Of a stretch of 64,000 nucleotides of DNA, positions 30,451-45,094 are shown piece by piece. This DNA is from the human T2T-CHM13v2.0 reference genome, Homo sapiens. Below the pieces are notes generated by a model that saw nothing but the letters and a program-made list of their open reading frames with translations, did not search any database and was not told where the DNA came from. The stretch lies in the NCBI RefSeq assembly GCF_009914755.1, contig NC_060945.1. One strand, written 5' to 3'. Each line of letters starts with the position of its first letter. The first letter of the stretch is position 1. The position numbers were made by a program, and so were the translations under genes.

Positions 30451-31459
30451 GTATTTCAAAAATAACACTCAAGCCATTCCTCAAGTACACGTAAATATTA
30501 TTCTAGTAACTATAATTTTTTAGAATTAAATTTATATTAATAATGCTGACTAGTAGCTACTAGTAAAAAATTCCTAAACTCACTTTTCCAAAGTTAAATT
30601 TTTGCTTTAAAAGCATACACTTTTTCAATACACATTTGTATCTGTACATACATATGAGATATTTTCACATGATCCATGCAGTATTCTTTTCTTTCTTTCC
30701 TTCTTTCTTTTATTTTCTTTCTTGTTTTTTGTTTCTGTTTTTATTTTTTTGGAGTCAGGGTCTAACTCCCATAGCCCAGGCTGGAGTGCAGTGGTATGAC
30801 ATGATCTTGGCTCACTGCAACCCCCACCTGCCAGGCTCAAGTGATCCTCCCACCTCAGCCTCCCAAGTAGCTGGGACTATAGGCGTGCACCACTGCACCT
30901 GGCTAATTTTTGTCTTTTTAAAAGAGATGGAGTTTTGCCATGTTGCCCAGACTGGTCTGGAACTCCTGGGCTCAAGCTATCTGCCTGCCTCAGCCTCTCA
31001 AAGTGTTGGGATTACAGACATGAGCCACTGTGCTTGGCAATATTAATTTTAAAAAAATTTTTTAGAGACATAGTCTCACTCTGTCACCCAGGCTAGAATG
31101 CAGTAGTGTGATGATAGGTCACTTGCAGCCTCAAGCTCCTGGGCTCAAGGGATTCTCCTGCTTCAGCCTCCTAAGTAGGTAGGACTACAGGTGCACACCA
31201 CCACACCTGGCTAATTTTTTTAATGTTTTGTGGAGATGGCTAATTTTTAAAATTTTTTGTGAAGATGGAGTCTCACTGTGATGCCCAGGATGGTCTCAGA
31301 CTCCTGGCCTCAAGTCATCCTCCCGCCTCAGCCTCACAAAGTGCTGGGATTACAGGTGTGAGCCACCACGCTCCGCCTCCCTAATCTTTACTGTATTACC
31401 TACTGGGCAATGTAAGTGATTTTTTGACTGCCAGTCTAGGGAGTCAGATGACTGCCCAG

Positions 31460-32214
<755 letters not shown>

Positions 32215-33254
32215 CTAAAAATAATAATAATAATGTTATATTTAGATATAAAGAATTTAAGGGACTAAAGAGTTTCCACAGTTTTTTTTCAAACTTTTGA
32301 AATTTGATATTTCAAAAAATAAATCTTGGCCAGGCACAGTGGCTCATGCCTGTAATCCCAGCGTTTTGGGAGGCTGAGGTTAGCAGATCACTTGAGGTCA
32401 GGAGATCGAGACCAGCCTGGGTAACATGGCGAAACCCCATCTCTACAAAAAATACAAAACACTAGCCGAGTATTGTGGTGCATGCCTGTAGTCCCAGCAA
32501 CTTGGAGAGAGACAGGAGGTTGAGGCCACAGTGAGCCATGATCATGCCACTGCACTCCAGCCTGGGTGACAGGGTGAGACCCTGAATCAATTAATCCATC
32601 TTACATCAGCCACTTCTTAGGAATGCTTTAAACCAACTCAACCTTTTTAGATTAAGCATAGATGAGCGAAATACAATATGGAAATATTAGTTTTACTTAA
32701 AATTCTGAAAAAGCAACAAAATATTATATTCATGTAGAATCAATTGTGAAAAAAACTGATTCCTGAAGCCACAAAGTCTACACCTTTATTGTATCAACTT
32801 TATGTTCAATTAATATTTTTAAGAATATTTCTATGATTAAAAATTAATTATAAATCCTATCAAGAATCAAACTTACTAAATGTTAACTTTAAAAGCCAGT
32901 AAGATCTACAACACAGATGAACCTTGAAACATACTAAGAGAGGCTGGTTGTGGTCGCTCATGTCTGTAATCCCAGGACTTTGGGAGGCTGAGGTGGGCAG
33001 ATCACTGGAGCCCAGGAGTTTGAAACCAGCCTGGCTAACATGGTGCAAGCTTGTGTCTACAAAAAAATACAAAAAATGAGCAGGGCATGGTGGTGCACCC
33101 CTGTAGTCCCACCTACACAGAAGACTGAGGTAGGAGGATCACTTGAGCCCAGGGAGGTCAAGACTGCAGTGAGCTATGATTGCACCACTGGGCTCCAGCC
33201 TGAGCAACAGAGCGAGACCTTGTCTCAAAAAAGAAAAAAAAAAAAAAAACCCAC

Positions 33255-33545
33255 TACGTGAAAGTCAGTCACAAAGGGCCACATCTTACTGTTTCATTTA
33301 TCTGAAATGTCTAGAATTGGTAAGTCTATATAGATGGAAAACAGGTTAGTGGCTGCCTAGGGATGAAGGCATGGAAGGAAATGGGGAATGACTGCTAATG
33401 GCTATGGGGTTTGTTTTAGGGGTGATGAAAATGTCCCAAAATAGTGGTAATGGTTGTATAATTCTGTGAACATACTATCAATCATTGAATTGTATACTTT
33501 AAATGGGATTTAATTCACATTACATCTCAATAAAACTATTTTTTA
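33255..33545 (+). mobile_element. L1M 3' end fragment
   Basis: GTGAAAGTCAGTCACAAAGG...GAATTGTATACTTTAAATGG...TCTCAATAAA. Confidence 0.7.
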
Positions 33546-34221
33546 AAGAAGAAAATGTTCAAGGAACAAGGGTTGCTAAATAACAGAGGATAACTGTTGT
33601 TTGACAACAGCACAAAAATTATTTCCCAAAAAGTGTAATGGCCCTGGAAAATGAGTGCAACGGGATCTTCTCTTGAACCTGGATAGCGGGGTGTGGACAG
33701 CTGGGCGCACTGAAGGCGGTGATACAGAACTAAAAGCAACAAGACAGCTATGAAGGGAAAAGAAAATCAGTGTGGCTACCAAGACATTTTAGTGTCTGCT
33801 TTCAAGAAGGTCCTCCCCCCATGCTTGGCTCATGATATGGGGTGAGTCTCTTGTTAGAGTGGAACATATAGGTCAGTGTAAAGTGTGGAGACCAGCACCT
33901 GACTCTGAGCAAGAGTTCCATGAATATTAGCTTTCTATTTTTAAAAACCCACTAAAAGTCTGGGCACAGTGGCTCATGCCTATAATCTCAGCACTTTGGG
34001 AGGCTGTAGTGGGTAGGATCGTTTGAGCCCAGGAATTTGAGACCAGCCTGAGCAACACAGTGAGAACCCATGTCTACCAAAAATTTAGCCAGGCTTGGTG
34101 GTGCACACCTGTAGTCCCAACTGCTCAGGAAGCTTGAACCCAAGAGGTTGAAGCTGCAGTGAGCCGAGATCACGCCACTGCATTCCAGCCTGGCCAACAG
34201 AGGGAGCCTGTCTCAAAAAAA

Positions 34222-34257
<36 letters not shown>

Positions 34258-34363
34258 AAAAAAATATGAAGCCACTAACAAAGGAGGGTAGGAAATAGTT
34301 AACAATCCAGTTATATTCTCTTTAGAGACACGCAATACCAGATAACAAAAACAATAAAGATGG

Positions 34364-35253
34364 CTATCTTAGTCCCTTTTCTGTTGCTATAACTGAATGC
34401 CTGAGACTGGGTAAATTGTAAAGAAAATACATTCATTTCTTACGGTCTGGAGGCTGGAAGTTCAAGGTCAAGGAGCTGCATCTGGTGAGGGCCTTCTTGC
34501 TAGTGGGGACTCTCTGCAGAGTTCCAAGGTGGTACAGGGTCACATGGCAAGGAGTACACAAGAGAATGCCAAGTGGCTTTTATAACAGACTCAGTTTTAA
34601 AATAACTAACCCATTCCCATGATAACCCATTAATCCATTAACCCATTAATCCATGATATATTAATCCTTTGGTGAGGACAGAGCACTAATGACCCAATCA
34701 CCTCGTACAGGCTCCACCTGTCAATATTGTTACATTTGGGATTAAGTTTCATCATGAGTTTCAGAGGGGAGAAGCATTCAAACCATAGCAAACTCCTATG
34801 ATGGTAGAAAAATAAATATAAGAGCAAACTGTACCAAAAGGAAACTAAGCTTTATATATGCTTCTATAGTTTGAATTATGTGTCCTCCCAAAATTTATAT
34901 GTTGAAACCTAATCACCAAGATGATGGTATTAGAAAGTGGAGCTTTTGGGGAGGTGATTGGGTCATGAGGGCTCTGTCCTCACAAATGGGATTAATGACC
35001 TTATAAAAGATATATAAGGGAGCTGCTTCCCTCCTTTTTGCCCTTCCACCATGTGAAGACAAAGCGTCCATCCCCTCTGGAGGGCAAAACAACAAGGCAT
35101 CATCTTGGAAGCACAGACCAGGCCCTCACTAGACTTCCTAGAACCTTGACCTTGGACTTTCTAGTCTCCAGAACCACAAGAAGTAAATTTCTATTGTTTA
35201 TAAATTACCCAGTCTCATGTATTTTGTTATAGCAGCACAAATGGACTAAGACA
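34364..35253. mobile_element. Two adjacent MaLR LTRs in opposite orientation (34364-34790 minus; 34865-35253 plus)
   Basis: TCTTAGTCC...CCATAGCA and TATAGTTTGAAT...GGACTAAGACA termini. Confidence 0.7.
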
Positions 35254-35963
35254 TGCAGGCAAGAATTTATGATAGGCCGGGCACGGTGGCTCATGCCTGT
35301 AATTCCAGCACTTTAGGAGGCTGGGGTGGGAGGATCATCTGAGATCAGGAGTTTGAGACCAGCCTGGCCAACATGGCGAAATCCCATCTCTACTAAAAAA
35401 CATATATATATACAAAAATTAGCCAGGTGTGGTGGTGCACACTTGTAATCTTAGCTACTCAGGAGGCTAAGACAGGAGAATTGCAGAATTCTTCTGCAAT
35501 TCAGGAAGCAGAGGTTGCAGTGAGCTGAGATCGTGCCACTGTACTCCAGCCTGGGCAACAGAGCAAGACTCCATCTCAAAAAAGAATTTATGATAAACAA
35601 GTCAGGCTATCCAGATGCAAGGGCTCATGCCTGTAATTCCAGGACTTTAGGAGGCCAAGGTAGGAGGATTGCTCTAGCCCAGGAGTTCAAGACCACCTTG
35701 GGCAACATAGCAAGACCCCACCTCTTAAAAACATATATAAAAATAAAAAATTGTCCAGGCATGGTGGCACAGACCTGTAGTCTCAGCTACAAAGGATCGC
35801 TTGAGCCTGGGAGGTCAAGGCTGCAGTGAGCCATTATCATGCCACTGCATTCCATCCTGGGCAACAGAGCAAGACACTGTCTCAAAAAAGAAAAAAAAAA
35901 ATTCAGGCTAAATAATATATTAGACCAGTTGAAAGGGATCAATAGAAACATTAAAGAAAGATT

Positions 35964-36705
<742 letters not shown>

Positions 36706-38841
36706 TATGCCATGTAGTGCAGCCACTCAACCACAAGGGGCACTGTCTGGCAGCAAGTTCTACAAACACAAACTGTCCAAAATAATCACTGAAGTTCACA
36801 GAGAAAGCCATACAAATAGCATTCAAATATTTTTAACGATGATCAACAGGCTACAATTTATCATTTTTAAAAACATAAAACCATTATCATCTTGCTGAAT
36901 AATTCATGACCTTTGTAACAAACTGGCTGAGAACCACTTTTAAAGAACATCCTGGTCCGGCTATCATTACACACACGGGAGGGTATCTGTAGGATAAATT
37001 CCCCCAACAATTCCCTTTCCAGGAAGAGACGCATATTTTTAATTTCAATAGACAACAGCCAAATTGCCCTCCAAAGAGGAAGTACATTACACTCGCCAGA
37101 AATATACATGAATGGCTGGTTTTCCCCAGGCTTGGCAATACTTTGCCAAGCTAAGAGGTAAGAATGGGCTTTAAAATAAACCCTGATCCAGTTCCCAAGG
37201 AGAGGACTGGGGCCTTCGGACCCACATTTCCCAGCACAGGTGCTTCACCAGCCTGCCATGGCCCCTTCTCTGTCCAGTTTAGCAAGGGTGTGGCAGATTT
37301 CCTTTCAGGCACAGAGCCCAGCCTTCCAGACATCACACTTAAACTGGTTCCTACCACATTTGCAAGGAGAATCTCTTCTTCCAAGTCAGCAGTGTTTACA
37401 ATAAGCAGTATGCTTTTCCCTGAGTCACTCTGAATATAGAGACCAGAAACCAATTCCAGGGTAGCAAAGGGACAGCCACCACGGTGACCTCAAGCATACA
37501 AATCACACACCTGCTTGTCCTGCCTGGTCAAGCCCTGTTGGGACCATGCATAATCCTGACCCCAGCACTCAGGCACAGAACACTTAGGAGAGGAAGGCGA
37601 GGTTTCAGCTACATGAGGTGGCATCGTAGGAATTGTCTTCTCCCTGACACCCCCCATGGCACTCAACAGCCTCACTGTCCTGACCCTAAGCCACTTTGTG
37701 ACCCACCCCTGGGAAGGGCAGGCAGTGAAGAACTAGGCATAGAGAAGAGGAGGTGGGGAGTTACCAAGCTGTTTGCTGACCTCTTCATTTGACTCAGAAC
37801 CTGACCTTAATCTTGCTTCCAGAAAAACAATGGGCCCCATTCCTGCCCAAGCTTGCCTTCTGCAACCCAGACTTTCTTAGAACGCGATGGGAGTCAAGAG
37901 CGCTTTCTTTAAGGCGAAGCTGTAGACAGGTTCCCCTCACCTCCCACCTCTGCCCACATTATCTGCCTCTAGCAAATAATGGTAGTCATGACTGTGCCTG
38001 TTACCCAGGAGAACACCAATCAATGGCTGTAAAGACATGAATGTATGGTTTTAGATGGTGTCTGCCTGCCTTTGCTGAAAAAATGTAAGAACAGCAAACA
38101 TTTATGTATTACCGTTTGTCAGTACTGCTCTAAGCACTTTTATAATATTAAACATTCATGCTGTACTCCTTACAGCAATCGTAAGAGCTAGGCACTAAAA
38201 CTATTCCCATTGTACAGATGAGCAAACTGAGACACTGAGAGATTGGGAACCTTGCCCAAGATCACACAGTGAGTAAGTAGGAGCTACAATAAGGAGCCAT
38301 GAAGGCAGGGAGCTCCACTCCTGCCCTTCCCAGGCCTCTGTTCACTCCTGAGCATGACTGGTACCTAACAGGTGCTCAGACAGTCGCTGGATGCAGATGA
38401 GGGAACGGCTGTGGACATTCAGTCCTTCAGACCACAAAAGGACTTTGGAAGGAGAAGAACCCTGGAAGAATGCCATGTTACTGGCAAAGGTTTGGGTTCT
38501 TACCCAGTGATTTGGTAAACACAAAGGGACAATGGCATTAAGTGATAGCAAAGCCAATCTAAACAGAATCACAGCAGTAAACCACCAGAACCCACAACTT
38601 TTTTTTTTTTTTTTTTTTTTGAGACAGAGTTTTGCTCTTGTTGCCCAGGCTGGAATGCAATGGCGCCATCTCGGCTCGCCACAACCTCCACCTCCCGGGC
38701 TCACCCAATCCTCCCAGCTGGAACTACCGCACACACCACCACACCCAGCTAATTTTTGTATTTTTGGTAGAGACAGGGTTTCACTATGTTGCCCAGGCTG
38801 GACTCAAGCTACCCACCTACCTCAGCCTCCCAAAGTGCTAG

Positions 38842-38967
<126 letters not shown>

Positions 38968-41023
38968 TGAGTAGCTGGGACTACAGGCACGCACCACCAC
39001 ACCCAGCTGATTTTTGTATTTGTAGTAGAGATGAGGTTTCAGCATGTTGGCCAGATTGTTCTCAATCTCTTGACCTTGTGATCCACCCTCCTCAGCCTGT
39101 TGGGATTACAGGCACGAGCCACTGAGCCCGGCCCAGTCTTTTTCTTAAAAAATCTGCTCACAATTCCAATTATTTGCGCAATGCTGTACTAAGTACAAGA
39201 GAAAGGTGTTTCCTCTCAGCCAGGACAGAAGGTAGGAATCTTCCTGTAACTGCAGTCCTTTCTATGGCCACTAAAACAAATTACCACAAACTGAGGGGCG
39301 TGAGATAACACATGTTTATGATCTTATCATTCTGGAGGTTAGAAGTCCTAAAGTCAAGGTATCAGAGCCGTGCTCCTTCCAGAATCCCTGAGGGAGGAAC
39401 CCCTCTGCTGTCCTGTCAACTTCTGGAGGCTGTCTGTGTTCCTTGGCACATGCCCTTCCTCCATCTCCAAATCTCTCCTGACCTCTGCTTCTACCACATC
39501 TTCGTCTTGGACCCTTCTGCCTCCCTCTCATAAAGACCCTTGGGTCTACACTGGACCCACCTTGGTAACCCAGGCTAATCTCCCCACATCAAGATCCGTA
39601 ATCACTTCTGCAAAGTCCCTCTTGTGAAGGAAAGCAAATTCACAGGCTCTGCAGATTCTAATGCAGACCTCTTGGGGGAGGGGCATTATTCTGTCGACGG
39701 CAATAACCGGAGCCATTTCTTTCTTTCTTTCTTTCTTTTTCTTTTTTTTTTTTTTGAGACAAAGTCTCACTCTATTGCCAGGCTCCAGTGCCGTGGTGTG
39801 ATCTTGGCTCACTGCAACCTCCACCCCCTGGGTTCAAGCAATTCTCCTGCCTCAGCCTCCTGAGTAGCTGAGACTACAGATGGACGCCACCACACCTGGT
39901 TTTTTTTTGTTTTGTTTTGTTTTGTTTTTTTGTTTTTGAGACAGAGTCTCACTCTGTCTCTGTCACCCAGGCTGGAATGCAGTGGCCTGATCTCAGCTCA
40001 CTGCAAGCTCTGCCTCCCAGGTTCACACCATTCTCCTACCTCAGCCCTCCCGAGTAGCTGGGACTACAGGCGACCGCCACCATGCCCGGCCAGTTATTTT
40101 TTCGTATTTTTAGTAGAGACAGGGTTTCACCGTGTTAGCCAGGATAGTCTTGAACTCCTGGTTTCAAGTGATCTGCCTGCCTTGGCCTCCCAAAATGCTG
40201 GGATTACAGGTATGAGCCACAGGAAAAAAAAAAATCACTTTCCCAATCTGCAAAATGGCTACTGTCCTCAATTTCCCCAAACTAATCCCTCTCAATGATG
40301 ACCTCAAATCTCTCACCCTCCAAAGAGATAACAGATGCCCTCAGGAAGGCCTTAGTTTCCCCAACATGCTTGGGTCTAAACCCACACACTCTGCCTTTCC
40401 TTCTGTTACAAGAGAAGAGGTGTGCTGTTTCCCCCTCCACACCCCCACCTGATTCCTGGATCCACCCGTGCTTGGTCTTCCCACACATTTTGTTCTTGCA
40501 ATTCTTCCTGTTCTTCAACTGTTCTCTCTCTGAGATTATTGTCATTACATAAAAACATGCTTTAATATCTCTCTCGGCTTTTGAAATTCTTTAAAAAGGA
40601 GTTAAGTTGTGCAATGTGAGTTCATTGACCACAATGGATTTAAGTTAGAAATCAATCGCAAGATAGCCGGAAAAATCCCCAAGTAAGTTGGAAACTTAAA
40701 AAATACACTTCTAGCCAGGGGCAGTGGCTCACGCCTGTAATCCCAGCATTTTGGAAGGCCAAGGCAGGCAGAGTGCTTGAGGTCAGGACTTCGAGACCAG
40801 CCTGGTCAACATGGTGAAACCCCATCTCTACTAAAAATACAAAAATTAGCTGGGCTTGGTGGCGGGTGCATCCCAGTTACTCAGGAGGCTGAGGCACAAG
40901 AATCGCTTAAATCCAGGAGGTGGAGGCTGCAGTGAACTGAGATGGCACCACTACATTCCAGCCTCAGTGATAGAGCAAGACTCTGTCTCAAAAAATAAAT
41001 AAATAAGAATAAAAATAAAAATA

Positions 41024-42987
41024 GGCGGCCGGGCTGGAGGGCCCTGCCAGGGGTGGGGGTGGGGGTGGGTGCGGGGAGCCCCGCGGCGGGGGCGGGCGCG
41101 GAGTCACGGGGGTGGGGTCACTCGCGGTGGCTCGGGGAGGCCAGCTGGGAGGGGAGGGGGCCGTGGGGGCGGCTCGGCTGAACCAGCCCCGGCTGGGCAG
41201 CAGCGGGGACGCCGGGGGCCGGGGCCAGGGCTTTCCGGGCTTAGGTGAGGCCGCCGTGGGCCCCATCTTCCGGCGGTCGCCGGAGTTTGTGGTGATTGTT
41301 GCTGCCGCCGCCACCCCCCCGGCTGCCATCTCCTCCTCCTGGGCCGCCGCCTCCTCCTCTTCCTCCTCCTCCTGGGCCGGGCTGATCCCCTCCCCGCTGC
41401 CGCCTCCTCCTGGGCTGGGCCCGCGGTGTCTCGTCCCCTCGCGGAGCCGCTCCTGCCGCCGCCGCCGCCGCCTCCTCATTCATCCTCGTGCACCATAGGC
41501 GGCACAGGCACCAAGATGTCCAACCGAGTGGTCTGCCGAGAAGCCAGTCACGCCGGGAGCTGGTACACAGCCTCAGGACCGCAGCTGAATGCACAGCTAG
41601 AAGGTTGGCTTTCACAAGTACAGTCTACAAAAAGACCTGCTAGAGCCATTATTGCCCCCCATGCAGGATATACGTACTTTGGGTCTTGTGCTGCCCATGC
41701 TTATAAACAAGTGGATCCGTCTATTACCCGGAGAATTTTCATCCTTGGGCTTTCTCATCATGTGCCCCTCTCTCGATGTGCACTTTCCAGTGTGGATATA
41801 TATAGGACACCCCTGTATGACCTTCGTATTGACCAAAAGATTTACGGAGAACTATGGAAGACAGGAATGTTTGAACGCATGTCTCTGCAGACAGATGAAG
41901 ATGAACGCAGTATTGAAATGCATTTGCCTTATACAGCTAAAGCCATGGAAAGCCATAAGGATGAGTTTACCATTATTCCTTTACTGGTTGGAGCTCTGAG
42001 TCAAAAGAACAGGAATTCGGAACTTTTCAGTAAATATCTAGCGGATCCTAGTAATCTCTTTGTGGTTTCTTCTGATTTCTGCCATTGGGGTCAAAGGTTC
42101 CGTCACAGTTACTATGATGAATCCCAGGGGGAGATTTGTAGATCCATTGAACATCTAGATAAAATGGGTATGAGTATTATAGAACAATTAGACCCTGTAT
42201 CTTTTAGCAATTACTTGAAGAAATACCATAATACTATATGTGGAAGACATCCCATTGGGGTGTTATTAAATGCTATCACAGAGCTCCAGAAGAATGGAAT
42301 GAATATGAGTTTTTCGTTTTTGAATTATGCCCAGTCGAGCCAGTGTAGAAACTGGCAAGACAGTTCAGTGAGTTATGCAGCTGGAGCACTCACGGTCCAC
42401 TGAAGCTCTGAATCCTCAGGGATGCCACCTGCACATTCTCATACTCTGTCCGGGCTCCCAGCCTAGCCTTTACCACGATACTGGTCCTGGTTTGGGGGGA
42501 TTCTGAAACCTCAAACTAATAGAACTTTCTTCTCTTTTTTTCTAGTAGGTGTAGTCCTTCCTTAATTTCAACTCATTAAAAAATGCTTTATAGTTTAGGG
42601 CAGTGGAAGGAAGGCTGGCATCAAAATATTTTGATCAAAAAAGATGACAATGTAAAGGCTCAGTTATGGCAGACAGTTTTTTGAAAGTAACTTGTAAAGC
42701 ATTTACCATATCCTAAATTTGCACTCTTTGCAGACTTGTGCACATATATTCCGCTTTCAGAATAGTTTTGCAAATTGTACACAAACAAACAAAAAGGTGG
42801 AAGCTTTTTAATAAAGAAATTGCATTTATAAATGATCTGTATTAGAATATAATAAATCTCCAGTTATAGTCAATTACTACCCATGTTGTACAACAGATAC
42901 CTTCTATTTTAGTTGCTAATAAAGGGCTACACAACTCAAAATAAATAAATAAATAAATAAATAATTTAAAAAATAAATAAAAATAAA
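41024..42987 (+). pseudogene. MEMO1P1: Processed retrocopy of MEMO1 (MEMO1P1) with GC-rich 5' leader, intronless ORF 41516-42403 (295 aa), 3'UTR and A-rich tail
   Basis: Intronless [23 protein letters not shown]...[15 protein letters not shown] at 42810, 42851 and 42918; decayed (AAAT)n tail from 42938. Inserted into the A-tail of an Alu. Confidence 0.93.
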
Positions 42988-43424
42988 CTGAATGAAATTG
43001 AAAACATATCAATGTGAGATGCCACTAAAGTCATACTAAAAGGGAATTTACACCACTTACTGCCTACATTAGAAAAGAAGTCTCAAATCAATGCAAATCA
43101 ATGACTTCTGCCTTTACAGTAAGAAACCAGAAAAAGAGCAAATAAAATCCAGTAAGCAGAAGAAAGGAAACAAAGATCAGAACAGAAATTAATATAATCA
43201 GGAAAAGAGAGAGAGAGAGAATCATTGTAACCAGAAGTTTGAGGAAAATCAAATCAATTGGTAAACCTCTAGCCAGACAGATCAGAAAAAAACACGAAAG
43301 ACACAAACCAGTCTCAGAAATGACAGGTAGCATCATTACCAACATTAAAAGGATAAGGGCATGTTAAAAGGATAAGGGTATCAATAGAATCAACACCTTA
43401 GATGAAATATATAAAAAATTTGAG

Positions 43425-44152
43425 CTCTTTCTCAGTGACCAGGGCCTGTGCTTAGGCATAGACGGGCAAGTGGAGCCAACATGCCAGCGGCCCAGAGCTG
43501 GGTTTGTCGCCAAACTTATGTGACCCTGCAGAGACCCTTCGAGAAACCTCATCTCGACCAAAAGCTAAAGCTGATTGGTGAGTATGGGCTCCAGAACAAA
43601 TGTGAGGTCTGGAGGGTCAAATTTACCCTGGTCAAGATCCATAAGGCCGCCCGGGAGCTGCTGACGCTTGATGAGAAGGACCCACGGCGTCTGTTCGAAG
43701 GCATTGCCCTGCTGCAGTGGCTGGTCCGCACTGGGGTGCTGGATGAGGGCAAGATGAAGCTGGATTACATCCTGGGCCTGAAGATCAATGATTTCTTAGA
43801 GATTCCTACAGACCCAGGTCTTCAAGCTTGGCTTGGCTAAGTCCATCCGCCACGCTCATGTGCTGATTCAGCAGTGTCATATCCGTGTCCGTGAGCAGGT
43901 GGTAAATATCCTGTTCTTCACTGTCCGCCTGGATTCCCAGAAGCACATTGACTTCTCCCTCTGCTTCCCTATTGGGGTGGCCAACCCCAGCCACGTGAAG
44001 AGGAAGAATGCCAGCAAGGGCCAGGGTGGGGCTGGAGCCAGAGATGACGAGGAGGAGGAATAAGCCTGCTTGTCCCCTCCTGGGCTGGTGGATTGTCTAG
44101 TTTTCCTGCCAAATGATAAAACAGGATCAATGCTTTATTTAAAAAAATAAAA
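43425..44152 (+). pseudogene. RPS9P1: Processed pseudogene of 40S ribosomal protein S9 (uS4)
   Basis: Starts with a 5'TOP tract (CTCTTTCTCAG). ATG at 43481 ([50 protein letters not shown]...). Frameshift near 43800; C-terminus ...[11 protein letters not shown] ends at 44063. A-rich tail and approximate TSD (ATAAAAAATTTGA / ATAAAATTATGA). Confidence 0.93.
43520..43530 (+). promoter_or_regulatory. Antioxidant response element (NRF2/sMAF-type) GTGACCCTGCA, at -2698 from the CBR3 ATG
   Basis: Matches RTGACnnnGCA; 46218-43520 = 2698, the same offset as the distal CBR3 ARE I recall from the literature. Lies inside the RPS9 retrocopy. Confidence 0.7.
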
Positions 44153-44413
44153 TTATGAAAAACAGAAATTAAGGTCACTCAAGAAGAACTAGGCCAGGCA
44201 CGGTGACACAAGCCTGTAATACCAGCACTTTGAGAGGCCAAGGAGGGAGAATCGATGTAGCCCAGGAGTTCAACCAGTCTGAGCAACACAGTGAGACTCC
44301 CATCTCTAAAAACAAATAAAAATAAAATAAAATAAAAAATTATCCAGGCAGGCCGGGTGTGGTGGCTCACGCCTGTAATCCCAGCACTTTGGGAGGCCAA
44401 GGCGGGTGGATCA

Positions 44414-44713
<300 letters not shown>

Positions 44714-44852
44714 TCACCTGAGCTCAGGAGACTGACGCTACAGTGAGCCACGACTGCAGCACTGCACTCCAGCCTGGGCGACAGAGAAGACCCTATTAAA
44801 AAAAAAAAAAAAAAAACAGAAATAGAACGCCTAAATAGCCCCATATCCTTAA

Positions 44853-45094
<242 letters not shown>

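Noticed and set aside
37151-38040. Cluster of ~60-100 aa ORFs in non-repeat sequence
   Set aside because: No recognisable homology, codon bias or consistent splice structure; compatible with chance.
41426-41515. GTG-initiated proline-rich extension of the MEMO1P1 ORF (325 aa)
   Set aside because: It is GC-rich leader sequence with a non-ATG start; the MEMO1 start codon is at 41516.
40988-41615. Overlapping Arg/Pro/Ala/Gly-rich ORFs on both strands
   Set aside because: Expected from a stop-poor CpG island with trinucleotide runs; no recognisable domain.
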